DNA of 64,000 nucleotides, from contig JAYWIR010000017.1 of NCBI GenBank assembly GCA_036172245.1, positions 1,612,001 to 1,676,000 of the forward strand. The letters are read 5' to 3'. Positions 39,018-51,100 of the stretch are shown here, one piece after another. Source of the DNA: Raillietiella orientalis (Eukaryota). The notes under the pieces were generated by a model. It was not told where the DNA came from. It searched no databases and worked only from the letters and a program-made list of their open reading frames with translations. A program made the translations under genes and the position numbers. Position 1 is the first letter of the stretch, and the number at the start of each line of letters is the position of its first letter.

Positions 39018-41393
39018 TTGACACCTGGTCACGCCGGGACGTTTATTTATAAAAAAAAATAAACGTCTGTGGCAGGATGTTTGATCTTGCCACGTTACTT
39101 ACAACTACGAGAAGGAACCTGGCGCGAACAAGCACGCAGGCCAGCGGGATTCGCTCCAGCAGCACAGAAGAAGGGGAGACAAACAAAAAGAAAAAAAATA
39201 AAGCAAAAAACATGCAGTAAAAAAAATAGGGGGGTTAGGGAAGGGATCACTGTGTGCTGGAGGGTGCTCTCTGCATCCTTATAAGGATGCCGGCAAGTAC
39301 CTGTTTCATGACTCTCACATGGGGACATCCTGACTCTGTCCTTATGAAAAAGACAACAGAATACATGGCATCCCTGTCATTCTGCACTATGGCTTGCTGC
39401 TCCATGCAGCCACGTTTCTGCGTAGGCGGCAAAGTGCTTCTAGAGATGCGGCCGGCGTGAGGGCATCGCTTAGGAAGAAAACCTTCAAACGACTCTGGCG
39501 TTGCCTCAGGGAATTCCAAGGGTCGCGGCAAAGCGTTCCCAAAGGGGCCGGAGGTTCACTATGAGTTCACTAGGAGGGATTCCCGCTCTCTGTACCTTGC
39601 GCAGTTCGGGTCCACACGCCACCGTGTCCAATGATGCCGGCGGGCGTTGCACGGGAGGTCCCAGTGCAGCAGCATCAACGCTGACTGCTTCCACTTTAAG
39701 GGGAGAGTACCAGTGTTCATGAGCACCGGGGTCCACTGCAGGTCTTCCTCCAGAATACTCAGTAGCACGCCCAAGAGCAAAAGTCCACGAGGTCGAGCAC
39801 TCATGGTCGCAGCATCAGTGGGCTGGCCCGTCGTCCACTTGCCCAGCCCTCTTCTCTTTCTGAAGATTTCCACAGTAACCTCCCATCTGGCCGTAAGGAT
39901 GCTGCCCATGTGCTCCCTAAGGGAGAGCAGCGCAGCGGCGAGGGAGGTTTTACTTGTCCACGCACTCTTCACAGGACCTTCCAGGATATCGCGGAGTGTG
40001 CGGTTGTGGTTGCGCGTACAGGAAACGTCGCACCTGTTCCGCGCTTGGCTCCTGGATCCCCGCCCACGTGAGAACAGTTTCCTGTAATCAAGCACTACGG
40101 TCCCCGGAGCGACACTGGTGAAATCCGGAAACCTCCGGATGCTCTCGTTGACTGGCCAGGATTAAGAATTGAACCTCCGGGGTCCTTCCAGGAGTCAAGA
40201 AGAGGAGGTTTTCTTCAGAGTTTCCCTCCGGTCGTGAAAATGGAATGTCCAGAAGAGAGCTGCTCCTTTCAGGGAGAGCCCTTTAGAGAATCGGGAAAAG
40301 TCTCTTTGGGGTCCTTTCCAGAGAAGCAAACCAACAGAGAATCCTTTCTGGGTTCCCCTCCGGAGAAGTAATAATGGAGCGGTCCCTTCTTGGAGGTCCT
40401 TCTGGGAAGAAAAAGGAAGAAGGGGGTTTCTCCAGGACTCCTTCCCAAGCGTGAGAGGAGCGGAATCCTTTCCCTGGATCCTTCCTGGATTTATGGGACG
40501 GTTTCCCCCTGGGGGACCCCCTATCTTGAAGAGTTTACACGCCACAGCCTCGGGTGGTGTGAATGGTATCAAAGGGCTTAGTGAGTCCCCAGGTGAATGG
40601 TTCTCGAGCACCTGGCGGGACGCTGATGAGGGAAGCAGAGGTCTTGGAACATTACAGGGATAAGATGGCGCCCTTGCATCTCCCCCTTTCCCTGGCCTCG
40701 GATCAGGATTCATCGGGACCTTCCACCGGATCTGCGAAAGAAACCGGAGCTGGGGTCGCGGAGGGAACGAAATCTTTCGAGATCCTGGCAGAAAAATGAA
40801 GACGCTTTCCTTTGCGAAGTCATATTGGCACTTTTCCGCGTTACTGGATGTGGTCCAGAACCCAGCGCCGACGAGACCTTTCTTTGTTTCGGAAGCTCAC
40901 CGGGAAGTCCTGGTCACTTCCACAGAAAAGCTTGCTCCTCTCCTCCCTGATCCTATAGTTTTCATCCGACTTCCAGTGAAAGTGGAATTTCGGAGAATCA
41001 GGATGTGAGGAGCTGCGTGGGATGAGCCGGTATGGAAGGAAGAATAAACGAATGGGGGGTGAGGGGTTGAGTGATGGATGGCTCGTTTTAGATTAAAGAT
41101 GCAGGAAAGGAAGATACTGCTGCTGTCTGGAGAAGAAGGCATTTCATTGTACAAATAACCAATCAGTGACCTAGCTCCGGTGAGAAATCGACCTGATTCC
41201 CATATGTTCCACCATCTCTTCTCCACCCTTCCTATTCTCGGGAATGGGTCATGGAAGGAGGGTGTCGAGAGAGAGATATGTTTGAAGGTCATATTCGATC
41301 AAGGTGGCTAGTAAAATCGATAGTTCTTAGGATGAAGGAGATTCCATCCTAAGAATCATCCAATCTTCACCATTATGTGAAGGGAGAAAGTGG
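39018..41393 (-). mobile_element. Internally deleted (bipartite) L1/Tx1-like LINE: ORF1-like region, APE start, ORF2 C-terminus, 3' UTR
   Basis: ORF1-like GRVEKRWWNIWESGRFLTGARSL (about 41.2 kb). APE N-terminal SWPVN (40147-40161) and LQET (40076-40087) are followed almost at once by the C-terminal PLKWKQSALMLLHWDLPCNARRHHWTRWRVDPNCAR..RESL, a pyrimidine-rich 3' UTR and the terminal motif at 39018-39047. Confidence 0.7.
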
Positions 41394-42519
41394 TGAAATC
41401 TGGATTCGACGGTACATTTACTATAAAAATAATAAAAATACAATTAAGTCTTTCTGTGGTAAACCACTTGGTTCACCGCGTCCTGGCAACTTGTCAGTCA
41501 CCGGTCTGTTGGCCGGAGAGGTCCATTTCGCGGTGAAGGGGGAGAGAAGACAGCAAAATGAAAAAATGGGGAGGGAGATTTTTCTTGGAAGGAGGGGGAG
41601 GAGAAAGGGGGGGGGATCACTTTTTGCCTGTAGACGTCCTCTGCATCCTGTCCAGGTTTCCAGCAAGTTGCGTTCTCATACTGCCCAGGTGAGGCCATCT
41701 GGATGCGGTCCTCAAAAAAATCCGTGCCCAGCGGATGGTGTCCCTGCCACTCTGCCCTCTTCTTGTCGCGTTCCAGGCCACCGCGATTCCGCAGACGCAG
41801 CAGAGAACTGCTAGGGACGAGGCTGATGGAAGATCAGAACGAAAGAGGCTCTTAAAAATGTCCTTGGGGCCGCCTTCAGGAATATCTAGGATCGTCGACA
41901 GACGATTCCAGAGAGGTTGGAGGGAGCACAGTCCAGCAGAAGGTGCGGTCTAAGTCTCTTTGTCGCCGCACCTTTCACAACGAGCGTCAATACTCCCCGT
42001 GTCCAATCATGGAGGAGCACTTAGCGTGGGATTCCCCAAGGCAACGCTAGCAACGCCACTTCCTGCCACTTCGGGGGGAGGGTGCTACCGTCCCAACTCG
42101 CTGGGGGCCACTTCACTTCCTCAGGAGGTATCGCGAGCAGCTCGCCCCTAAAATGAGGGTAAAGAGTTTACCCTGCTCTTGGTTCTTTTGAGGACGGAGT
42201 ACTGAGGAGTATTGTGGAAAGCACATTATCCGGGATCTGTTGGGGGGTACCTCTTTTTTTCAGGATGAATCTTTTCTAGAAGAATCTCGAATGCGTGGAG
42301 ACAGGAGCAAACATGTTCCAAGTCACGAAGGAAAGGGAACGAAAGGAAAGAAGCGGAGACGGCTGACCGGTTCAGAAGTCGAAGCCAGCATTCAAGTCAG
42401 GGATGACTGCACTGGGGCGGGAGTTCCTCCGAACAACGCCAGGCAGCATTTCCTAGGTACCGATCGGATGCGGCAGAGATGCTTCAACGGTCTGGCCGAA
42501 GAAGCCTCAGGATCATTGG
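41394..42519 (-). mobile_element. 5'-truncated copy of the same LINE family (ORF2 C-terminus and 3' UTR)
   Basis: Minus-strand PKWQEVALLALPWGIP..LLHDWTRG / IDARCERCGDKET..HLLLDC / PLWNRLSTIL. Terminal motif at 41394-41422. Confidence 0.75.
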
Positions 42520-43137
42520 TTCTTCACATGGACACGCCGCGGCTTCTCTTAGAAAATAAACAAACAAGTTGGGAACGCAGTTTCCAAAAGAATCAGCAAG
42601 AATTTCTGAAGAAGGATCACCGAGACGCGGGTTGTCCACTGAGTAATTTGGAGTGAGTCAATAAACGAAGGAAGGGAGATTGGGGCACCAGTGCCGGTGC
42701 CCAGAACCGGAAATCTCCAGCTCGACTTCCTCCAGCAGGTAAGGCCACCTTGCGGCCCGACTCAATTACTCAGTTTCCAGGGGAATGACCTCCCTTTGAG
42801 GTGCCCGGGGCTGTGACGGTGGCGCGGATGCAGCGTGTCGAAAAGTACGAAAGTCTGCTGCGCGCGAAGAGTCTTCGCATCAAGTCCTTGGCGACGCCCT
42901 CCGGAAGTGAGAGAGCGCTGAAGACGCAGCCTCCGCCACAGTTTCCGGAGGGCATTGCAGTTCTCCAGCAGGTGCGGCAACGATTCAATCGTAACCGCAC
43001 CTTAACCTAGTTCGGGGACGTCCCTCTCTCCCCGGGAAGCCAGATTCCTTACGTCGGTTGCACCTGGAGGCACGTCCTGCTTCCATTTCAGCCGGAACAT
43101 CGGTCAGCATCGCAGGAGGAAACATGGCGCGTCAGGA
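42520..43137 (-). mobile_element. 5'-truncated LINE 3' end; contains the right arm (42598-43137) of the 540-bp inverted repeat
   Basis: Same zf-RVT-like peptide as the left arm. Continues to a weaker version of the terminal motif at about 42520-42549. Confidence 0.85.
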
Positions 43138-45979
43138 GACTGAGGATTTTCCCACCAGCGTCTTCTCTACTGAATGCATCCTCTACGAGTGAGATGCACA
43201 GACGCTATAATTAATTAATTCAAATTTCTTAATTCGGACGAGGATTTCCTTCGGAGAGTTCTGGATGGAAAGTGCAGGAAGGAAAGGAAATGGGAACAAA
43301 GGGAGCCTCAACGAATCGCTGTCTGCGCCCTCCGCAAAAGCACCGTGTTCTTGTAAACACTGTGTTCCTGCACTCATCCACCACTAGTTGCGAGGGAAAA
43401 AAAAGAAGCATTTGAGACCATATTCCATTCAGAGTCACGCATAGCCTATGGGAAGGTGAACCAATCCTTCGGAACTGCAGACTACGTCTCCTTAAAATGT
43501 TTCGCTCGTTTACCCCAGTTTGTTTTCTTTCTCTTCTGCTCTCAGTCTGTCTTAGTGGATGAGATGTTTCTTCTTTAATTCCAGAACAATCGCCCTGCCT
43601 TCTTCTATCTTCCAGGGTGTTTTCTTCCAGTCATACAGGGAACATGCAAGGTGTTCCGCTTGGGATTTCCACTCACGGGAACGCATCAGAATCCATGGCT
43701 TCTGGCACGCTTAAGAGGCATAGTCATCAGCGTCGTTCTTGACGCTGGTTGTCCACATTTGACGTGTTCCATCGGAAACCTCAACAGCGCATGGAACAAG
43801 CAGCTCGAAGAAAGCGTGCCCGGATGCGGTGGAGGTTCCGTTTGCGAAAACGGAGGTACACCATCTGAGCACACGTGCCTCCGAAGCAGGCTCAGAGACG
43901 GAGTTAGCAGACAGCACCAAGAAGTGCCGCTGAGATCCACGGTCCTTCCGGATCTCGGTCTCGGAGAAGGAAGTTTTAGTGTGGAACTCAGTTGGGAGAT
44001 GAGAACCCCTCCCCCCCCGAAGCACCAGCCGCTTTCTGTAGCCAGGCGCTGGGATCGGCGGGGCATCCGGCCGTTGTCCCTCTCTACGACGACCTTGCAT
44101 CCTAGGAGGGGTCCGCAAGTTCCGGCCGGAGCACGAAAGGTAAAGGATACAAGTCCTTCGTTTGGTCCCGGCCGCACGCCTGTCGAGGGGCGTGAAGGAC
44201 CGCGCACCAGGGCCTGCCCCTCGACGCAACCTCTGGTGTCCTCCACCGCATCTGAGTCTTCATCCTCATCTGCTCCGGTGCCAGGAGGCTGAGACTTGCC
44301 ATTACGATGAGGAATACGCGTGTCCTACAGCTGGACTCGGGACTTGGAGTGAGGAAGACGCTGGCGAACCACGAGAGAGAGGAGGAGGAGGACACGTCGC
44401 GCATCTTCCTCTTGTAGGGCGACAGAATCGCGCTTTCCTCTCCCCGTAGCCATGGGGGGGTGGGGGAGGTTGCAACAATCTACCCTGGAACTGTCACGGA
44501 CCTCATGCGGATGCTGTTTTTAGAGGACGCCCGGGGCAGCAGGCGCGAGCACCTGCGACTGCGAGCGACGGCCGCGACCGACGAGAGCACAGGGGCGGCA
44601 GGGAAGAAGAACATGTGTGCTCTGATCAAGGAGCGCGCGGGAGAAGACGCGGGAAGAATGCTGCTGCTGCAGTGTATCCTCGACCGAATGCTTCAGAAGC
44701 CTTAAAAGAGATCGTCTTTCGTCTTGCCTTCGAGATGACGAATCTTGTGATAGGCACGACACTTGCCATTGCGGTGCTGACCATCAGCACTTGGACTTGC
44801 TTCTTTTAGGAATTCAAGCGAATGCAGCATCTCCTGGTGTTCGTGTTTGCTTTGTGTTGAACTCTGGCGACCATAAAACAAATCGAATTGCAATCTCCTG
44901 TCCAAAATTACCACCAGAAAGATAAAGCTAAAATATGTATGAATCGACAGATTACAAATTTACTCCGTTCCTCTCCTGTGCGTGCCGTCGTTAATAAATG
45001 TCTACATGGCATCCGTACGTTGGATGCGTTAATAAATCACCCCCTACTCCTTGAGGTGTTTTCATAAAAGTAATTGATGTTCATCTTTGAAAATACTGAT
45101 CTTTTCCGATCCGGAAAAACAGATAAAAGTTCTGGGGAGTCGTCTAGAAAAATCTTATTGTCCCAGCTTATTTTAGCACCTGGTCTCAGTATCACGCGCT
45201 AAAATAAGCACAAACAAAGAACATAGACGCAGATTTCTGCATTTCCTACTTTCACATGGAAATTTCCTGTAAGTAGGCGCAGATACGCTTTTTGGAAGTT
45301 TAGACAGAAGAAGCGTCTCTCCCTCGTGGTCGTTTATTAGGGCTGAGATCCACTCGAGGTTAATTTTTCTCGACTCCAGCGCATCCTCATCTGCCAAAAA
45401 TAGATCGCTCTTGAATGTTTTGAATCCACTGAAGGTCTTTTCTTTCTTCACATTCCTAACAAATTGCAAAAGTAATGGATCGTGGGTCTCAGAAACCATC
45501 GTCGTAGGAATCTTGGAACCAGCTTTCCAAGAAATCACTGATTTTCGCGATCCGCATATTTCACTTTTGGCAACTGCAGAGATTTCCGGTACGTTCCTGT
45601 TGTTGTCTCTGCTCTATTCCTGGGATCTTGTAATCTAGCTGCGATGCTACTATATCATGGATGAGTAGCTACTTTCGTCTTCCTTGAAATGACCATAGTT
45701 CAGTTTCTTGAAGGAAAATTAAGATGAATCGCCCAATTATGTATGAGAAGTTTCCTTTCCTCAAAGACGAAATTCAATTTCCCACAGCTGCACCTGTCTT
45801 TTTCCCATCGGAATTCTTTCAGGTTCTCTTCCTTGTCGTCTTTTGCTTGAGATTTTTCGTCTTTGTTCTTCGTGCCACGCAAAAACCGAACAGCATCCTT
45901 CCCTTCCTAGTGAAAGTTTCTTTGTTACCACCACTCAGACACCGAGTGCGGCGTTGGGTGCAGAACGCACACGAGATTA

Positions 45980-48720
45980 CGTAAAAAAAGCCGTAGGAAA
46001 ATCATTCATCTTGATGGATAGATGACCGCACCGGAAAAAATTTTCAAAGAGACTTGACAACAATCCTTCAGAGCAGTGATGAGACAACAGACAGTCGACT
46101 CTCACACGGGTGTTTTCCTCCCAAGGGTTACGAAGGAATTCCTGGGATTCCTTACGTACAATCAGTGACAGTAATGATTTTTTTCCCTTTCTCTTGAAGT
46201 GCAGTTGGTCACCATTTTCCCCTGGGCCGCACGAAGACTTCAAGCTCGAATGGCTTCCCCGGAAGCTCAGAGTCAACCGTGCATCACGATAAATGGCTAA
46301 GGCTCTGTCCAGAGCCCCCAGACAGTCTGCCTCTCTATTGCAAGGTGCACACGTTGCTAGCAATGTTCTGTTTCCCATGGCTTCGTCTTGAGCATGTAAG
46401 GAAGTGAAGGGACAGCAACCAACAGGCTCGATCTGACCTTTGGCCGGACTCCTTTCAAGGACGTTCATGAGCTTCACGCACACGTTCAAGTCCCGTCCGA
46501 AGGACCATCCTAACACTTTTCTTTTGCCCTGCCTCCCAACAGGAAACGGAACCCACCGACTTGCAGGATTCCTTGATGACATGCTGCTCACCTAGCGACG
46601 AGTCGCAAACAAGGCGCAGATTGGCAGTCAGGCCTCGCGTTTCTTATGGTGACGCGCAGGCTTCCGAAAGAGGTCTCCTCCGTCGGCTCTTTAACAGTCG
46701 TCAAACAGTGTTGCCCTTCTCTTCCTGCAGCAGCGGGTGCATCGCTTGGCCTCCCGATCCCGCAGAGGCGCAGAGCTGGCTTCACGAGCCACGGGAGGTG
46801 ATGGCGGCGCAGGTTCACGCAGCGCTACTTTTTCTGGGAGAGGTCGCATTCACGGCGACTGCAGCAGGTCAGGACCCAAGAAGGATCTCGGGAAAGAAAG
46901 GCGAAAATCATGGAATGGGGGAAAGAGCGGATGTCCACGACGCATGAGCCGTAGGAGTTCGGAGATGTCTACTGGAATCCGAGAGGGAAAAAAGTCTTCT
47001 TCCCCCCTCAGATGAGAGCAGCATTCTTCTGAGGGTATCATCGGGATTGCACCCAGGATCGAGTCCACGATTTCGAGGGCGAGGCATTTGGGGGAAGGGA
47101 ATGAGAAGATCGCAAAGTACTTAAAATCAAGGGTCTTCTCGAGAGCGTTCCGTTACCATGGAAAAGGGAATGCAGACGTTGACCGTCCCTCGGAATCAGG
47201 CTGCGTACTGTTGTGCTTCCGGCTCACGTCCGCCGAAGACGACCCAAGAGGGCGGGCGTTCGCCTGACCCTTGTTCCTCCCCCCGTTAAAACCGAGACCC
47301 GATTTATCTTCCCTTTTCTGTATCCCCTTGAGGGAGGTCGAATAAGACGCCTCTTCGGCGATCATTCCTGCCCACTCATCCTCACCACTCGCAGAGAACG
47401 GGTGCTGCCTCAGACGTCCCAGGTCTCTTCTGCCGCCCTCCTTTCTCTCACTTTCTCGAAGGGAGTGGTAAGCGGAGGGGGGAGGAATCGCAGGTGTGCC
47501 TCTCTCCGGTGGCATCACCAAAGCGTCGGTGGCAGCGCGCGCGCACCAGACCCTTCCTTCCAGAGATCGATCTCGGAGGGCTCTTCCATTCGTCTTTTCC
47601 CGGAAAAAAAAAGCCTTCCCGGCTACACGTGCGACTTCTTTCCAGAAAGGTTTCGCTTATGCGATAGGGTGAGGTGACCTCTCTTATCAGGAGGAGGAGG
47701 AGGAGGAGAAGCTACATGTAGCTGGCGATAGAAAGTGACACAGAGCGCTCCCGCAGTGATACCTAACCACTTTCGTCTGTAGGGGGTGGATGGTCGGATG
47801 GGATGATGCCAGCTACTGCGACGGAGCTGATCTCCCAGTGGTGGAGGATTCTCACCCCTGGTCACCCTCGATTCCCATGTCCTAGAACAACCTTCTCGAT
47901 CAAGCCTCTCTTTTCATTCCTTGCCCTTTTTCCCCTCCTTCCTTCAAATAACAAGTTCTCTCCAGAGGGAGCCGTCAGCACCAAATTCTCGGATACAGGG
48001 GTGGAAATAGGGAACGACCCTTGGATTCTCCGTGCTGCTCCCAAAGGCCTTTCAGGCAGTTCATCCACCTACCAGACCTTCTCTGTGACACCTGATATCG
48101 CTGGAGCATTCTTAGAAAGCTGTCCCTGTTGTAGAGGAAAGGGGATAGAGGTGGTAAGGTAGCAGAGTCGAAGACCGAGATCCAACGGAAGTTTGCAAGT
48201 AGGGAACAGAGCTCTTGCCAGTGGGACCTAAAGCGTCAGAGGGGAGGACTTCTTGCAGGCCACACTTCTATCCCAGCACCCAAGACCGTTATTCAAGTTC
48301 CCGGCCCTCTCGTGGAGGGGGAGACCTCGGAGACGCGGCCAGAGAAGCCCTGGCTTCGGACGGGGGAAACACCATTCACACGTGACTGTTCTGAGAACTC
48401 TCCGTAGGAATGCGGAGGAGGGGTGGAGCATTCAGATGAACTACAGGAACACGGACGCCTTGGCTTTGGGCGCTAGCGTCCTACCGACCGAAACCGCGTT
48501 GTTCCATGACAACCCGGAAGGGCACACGTCGGTCTTCGGTCAGCCGACTCCACACTGAAAAGGAAACACGAGGCGCCTTGGAGGCCTCATCCGTGTGAAG
48601 CTTGGCCCGAACTTCTTACCCGTCGGTCGTATGGAGTGTTCCTGCCGCGAGCTCCGCACACAAGTTGCTTCGCAGCTCCCACGTCGGTCACGGGAAGCCA
48701 ATGTGTGCTGCATTGTTTCT
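45980..48720 (-). mobile_element. Degenerate L1/Tx1-type ORF2 (APE and RT) remnant
   Basis: Ordered minus-strand fragments: RQEH (QETH), CGVG, VGRTL, VHLNAP, AGNLNNGLGCWDR (GDFN), VTFYRQL, NARPLG, LDFKYF, MRRGHPLFP (RQG.PLSP), KVLGWSF. Confidence 0.55.
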
Positions 48721-49489
48721 CCTGCTCTTCGATCGTCCAGAACTCCAGAGAAAGCACCTCCCTGAGGAGGATCCTTAAAGGGCACGGTAAAAGGTGGTCT
48801 ATTTGCTACTCTCTTGCCTGTCCGTGATTTTCCATATGAGTCGGGGCTTCTGCTTGTGGAAAAAGCGATGCTGGCGATGTTCATCTATGGGTACAGCGTT
48901 CAATGAGAACATTTGCCTTCGAAGGAGGAGACGTAAAATGGGAACGTACTGGAATTTTGCACCGACCCAGAATGCAGCAGATTTCGCATTCTCAATTGAC
49001 TTCGAAAACCCTGCTGCCTCTCAGATCATTTGATAAGGTCCTATCTACGAGACAGCTCTCTCTATCGGGTATTCGTGAAACTACGCCCCGAAATCATGGA
49101 TGCAGTTCAGCGTAGACTAGATAGTAGTAAGCAGTGGTCAATAAGTAACTAATAGATAGTAGAGAGCTTGAGAAAAAATTTATCTGGCAGAGGATTAAAT
49201 AGATAAGTCAATACATATACGTCTCGTAGAGCAAGAAGAAAGTTCCTTCCGATATTGCAGGAAGTATGAAGACTTCCTCTGCTCCCAATGAATCCTTTTT
49301 CTTTTCTAGCTGCATTTGCGTAAAAGAAGAAGAATGCTTGAGGTTTGTCGCTGCATGTACATGGTCAGCCGATGCAGGTGACCTTCAGAAAAGTCCAAAA
49401 GGAGTCTCCAGTGGGAGAACGGCCATTGCACAGCATAACGACCGAAAGTGTCATCTTCAGCAGCATCATGAGGAGCATCTTCGGCATGG

Positions 49490-49962
49490 CCGGGGCCAGG
49501 GTAAAATCAGAGGAAACGCACATGTCGGCGCTGCTGGACGGAAGACGAAACGCTGCCTCATATCTTAAACCGATGCAGGAGGCACTTTCATCTGTTCACT
49601 GCACGACATAACGTGATCAAAGAAATGATTAGGATGGCCGTGGTGGATGAGGCAAAATGGACCCTAGTGTCGACTAACTAGAGAGCTCCAGAAACGGAAA
49701 CCCTCTTGTGTCCCTATCTAGTGCTGAAGAAAGAAAATCAAACAATAGTGTTTGGCATTTGCTGCCCATTCGAGGCTGGAAAAGGAGTTCAGCACAGCCA
49801 GGAGGAACAAGCTGGAAAAGTATAAAGAGGGAGCCCTCAGTTAAGCAAAGGAAGCAATGTAAAGTGCATGCTCTCGTCGTTGGCTCACTAGGAGCCTGGG
49901 ATCCAGATAACGAGGAAGTGCTTCATGATCTTGGAATTCTTAAAAAGCACTCGGAGAGGATG
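49490..49962 (+). mobile_element. NeSL/Utopia-type non-LTR retrotransposon fragment (CCHC and restriction-like endonuclease)
   Basis: CRRCWTEDETLPHILNRC...ARHN...CPYLVL...ICCPFE, then after a frameshift ARRNKLEKY...VHALVVGSLGAWDPDNEEVLHDLGI. One stop codon plus frameshifts; truncated by the adjacent element. Confidence 0.85.
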
Positions 49963-51100
49963 CTTGAATCCGGTTGCGCCGGGAGTTTTATTTTGAAATA
50001 AGAACAGAATGAACTACAAAGAAGAAGGAAAGAAGGGTATCCTCTCAGAAACACGAAACGCCAAAAAAAAGAAAATTTCACCCGGGATAACCACCAGCGC
50101 GCAAGCCGGCTTCCAAAAACTAGGGAACGGAGGGAGGGGACAATGAATAAATAAAAAAAGATAGGAGGGTGGGGACAGGGGTCTTCGATATTCCTTAATT
50201 TTCAGAAGCGACTGTGGATGGTAACGATCTCCCTGGAGACTCCTGACAGATGAGGGCTCCTTGTTGCTGCCCTTATGAGGGCCGCTGCCATGCTGGTGGC
50301 CTCTCTTCGCCGCGAACTTGATTCCAGCACATGACTGTCACTATGGCGCGGATGCAATCGATTGTTGCGATCCCAGAGCCTTTCTTCAGTCCACTTTTTG
50401 TAAAAAATCGCCGCAGCGAGTCCGCTGCGGTGTCCTGAGGTCTACGGAGTGCCGAAGAGAGTTCCCGCCACAAGTCCGCGAGGGCAATGCAATCCAACAG
50501 CAAGTGCGGGAGTGATTCCATCGCCATGCACCTGGAACAGCTCTGGGAGACAACTCCCCCGTAAAGCAGGTGTCTGCGCTGATTACACTGGAATTCCCAA
50601 TGCAGAAACAGCAGAACATCCTGTTTCCACAGGAGCGGGAACATAGAGGTGTCCACTACGGTACTTTCAGTACCTCGGTGTACCGTTGGGAGACTATTAT
50701 CCGGCCGAGTCGTGGTCCAGCTGCCTCCAGAAGGCAAAGTTGGCGATCAGCGCGTTCCGGGATGGCAAGTTTCTCTTTCCAGAACGGGCCGCGGTGTGAA
50801 ACGCGTTTGTGGCCCCCCTCTTCGGCCCCCTGCTTTTTGTTTGTCCCCCACCGAGTAGCATTAAAAGACGGACGAAGGACCTCCTGAAAATCTCCCTGTG
50901 GGCACAGGGAGGCCCCGAGTCAGCCTGAAGGACTTGTGCGCACCAAAAACTTTAAGCTCTGCGTATTGCTTCACGACGGTCATAGTTTCCTATCACTTAT
51001 TCATAAGGATTGAAAAGACGATTGGCACGAAGAACATTTTAGATCCCATGAACATCCCGAGTGCTTCGGTCACGTGTTCCCTTTAGCTAAAGATTAGACG
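49963..51100 (-). mobile_element. 5'-truncated LINE 3' end, same family as the 38-43 kb chain
   Basis: ORF 50273-50737 reads MFPLLWKQDVLLFLHWEFQCNQRRH...CSRCMAMESLPHLLLDC. Pyrimidine-rich 3' UTR and terminal motif at 49964-49992. The 5' boundary is approximate. Confidence 0.8.

Noticed and set aside
38298..43137. Interpretation as a DNA transposon with long TIRs, or as a Penelope-like element with inverted pseudo-LTRs
   Set aside because: No TSD, transposase, GIY-YIG domain or hammerhead motif was seen; the arms are LINE ORF2 3' sequence.
43651..44705. GC-rich ORFs, including an acceptor-preceded frame ending at 44705
   Set aside because: No recognisable homology and no consistent splice model. 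It could be an unrecognised exon or TE but cannot be supported.
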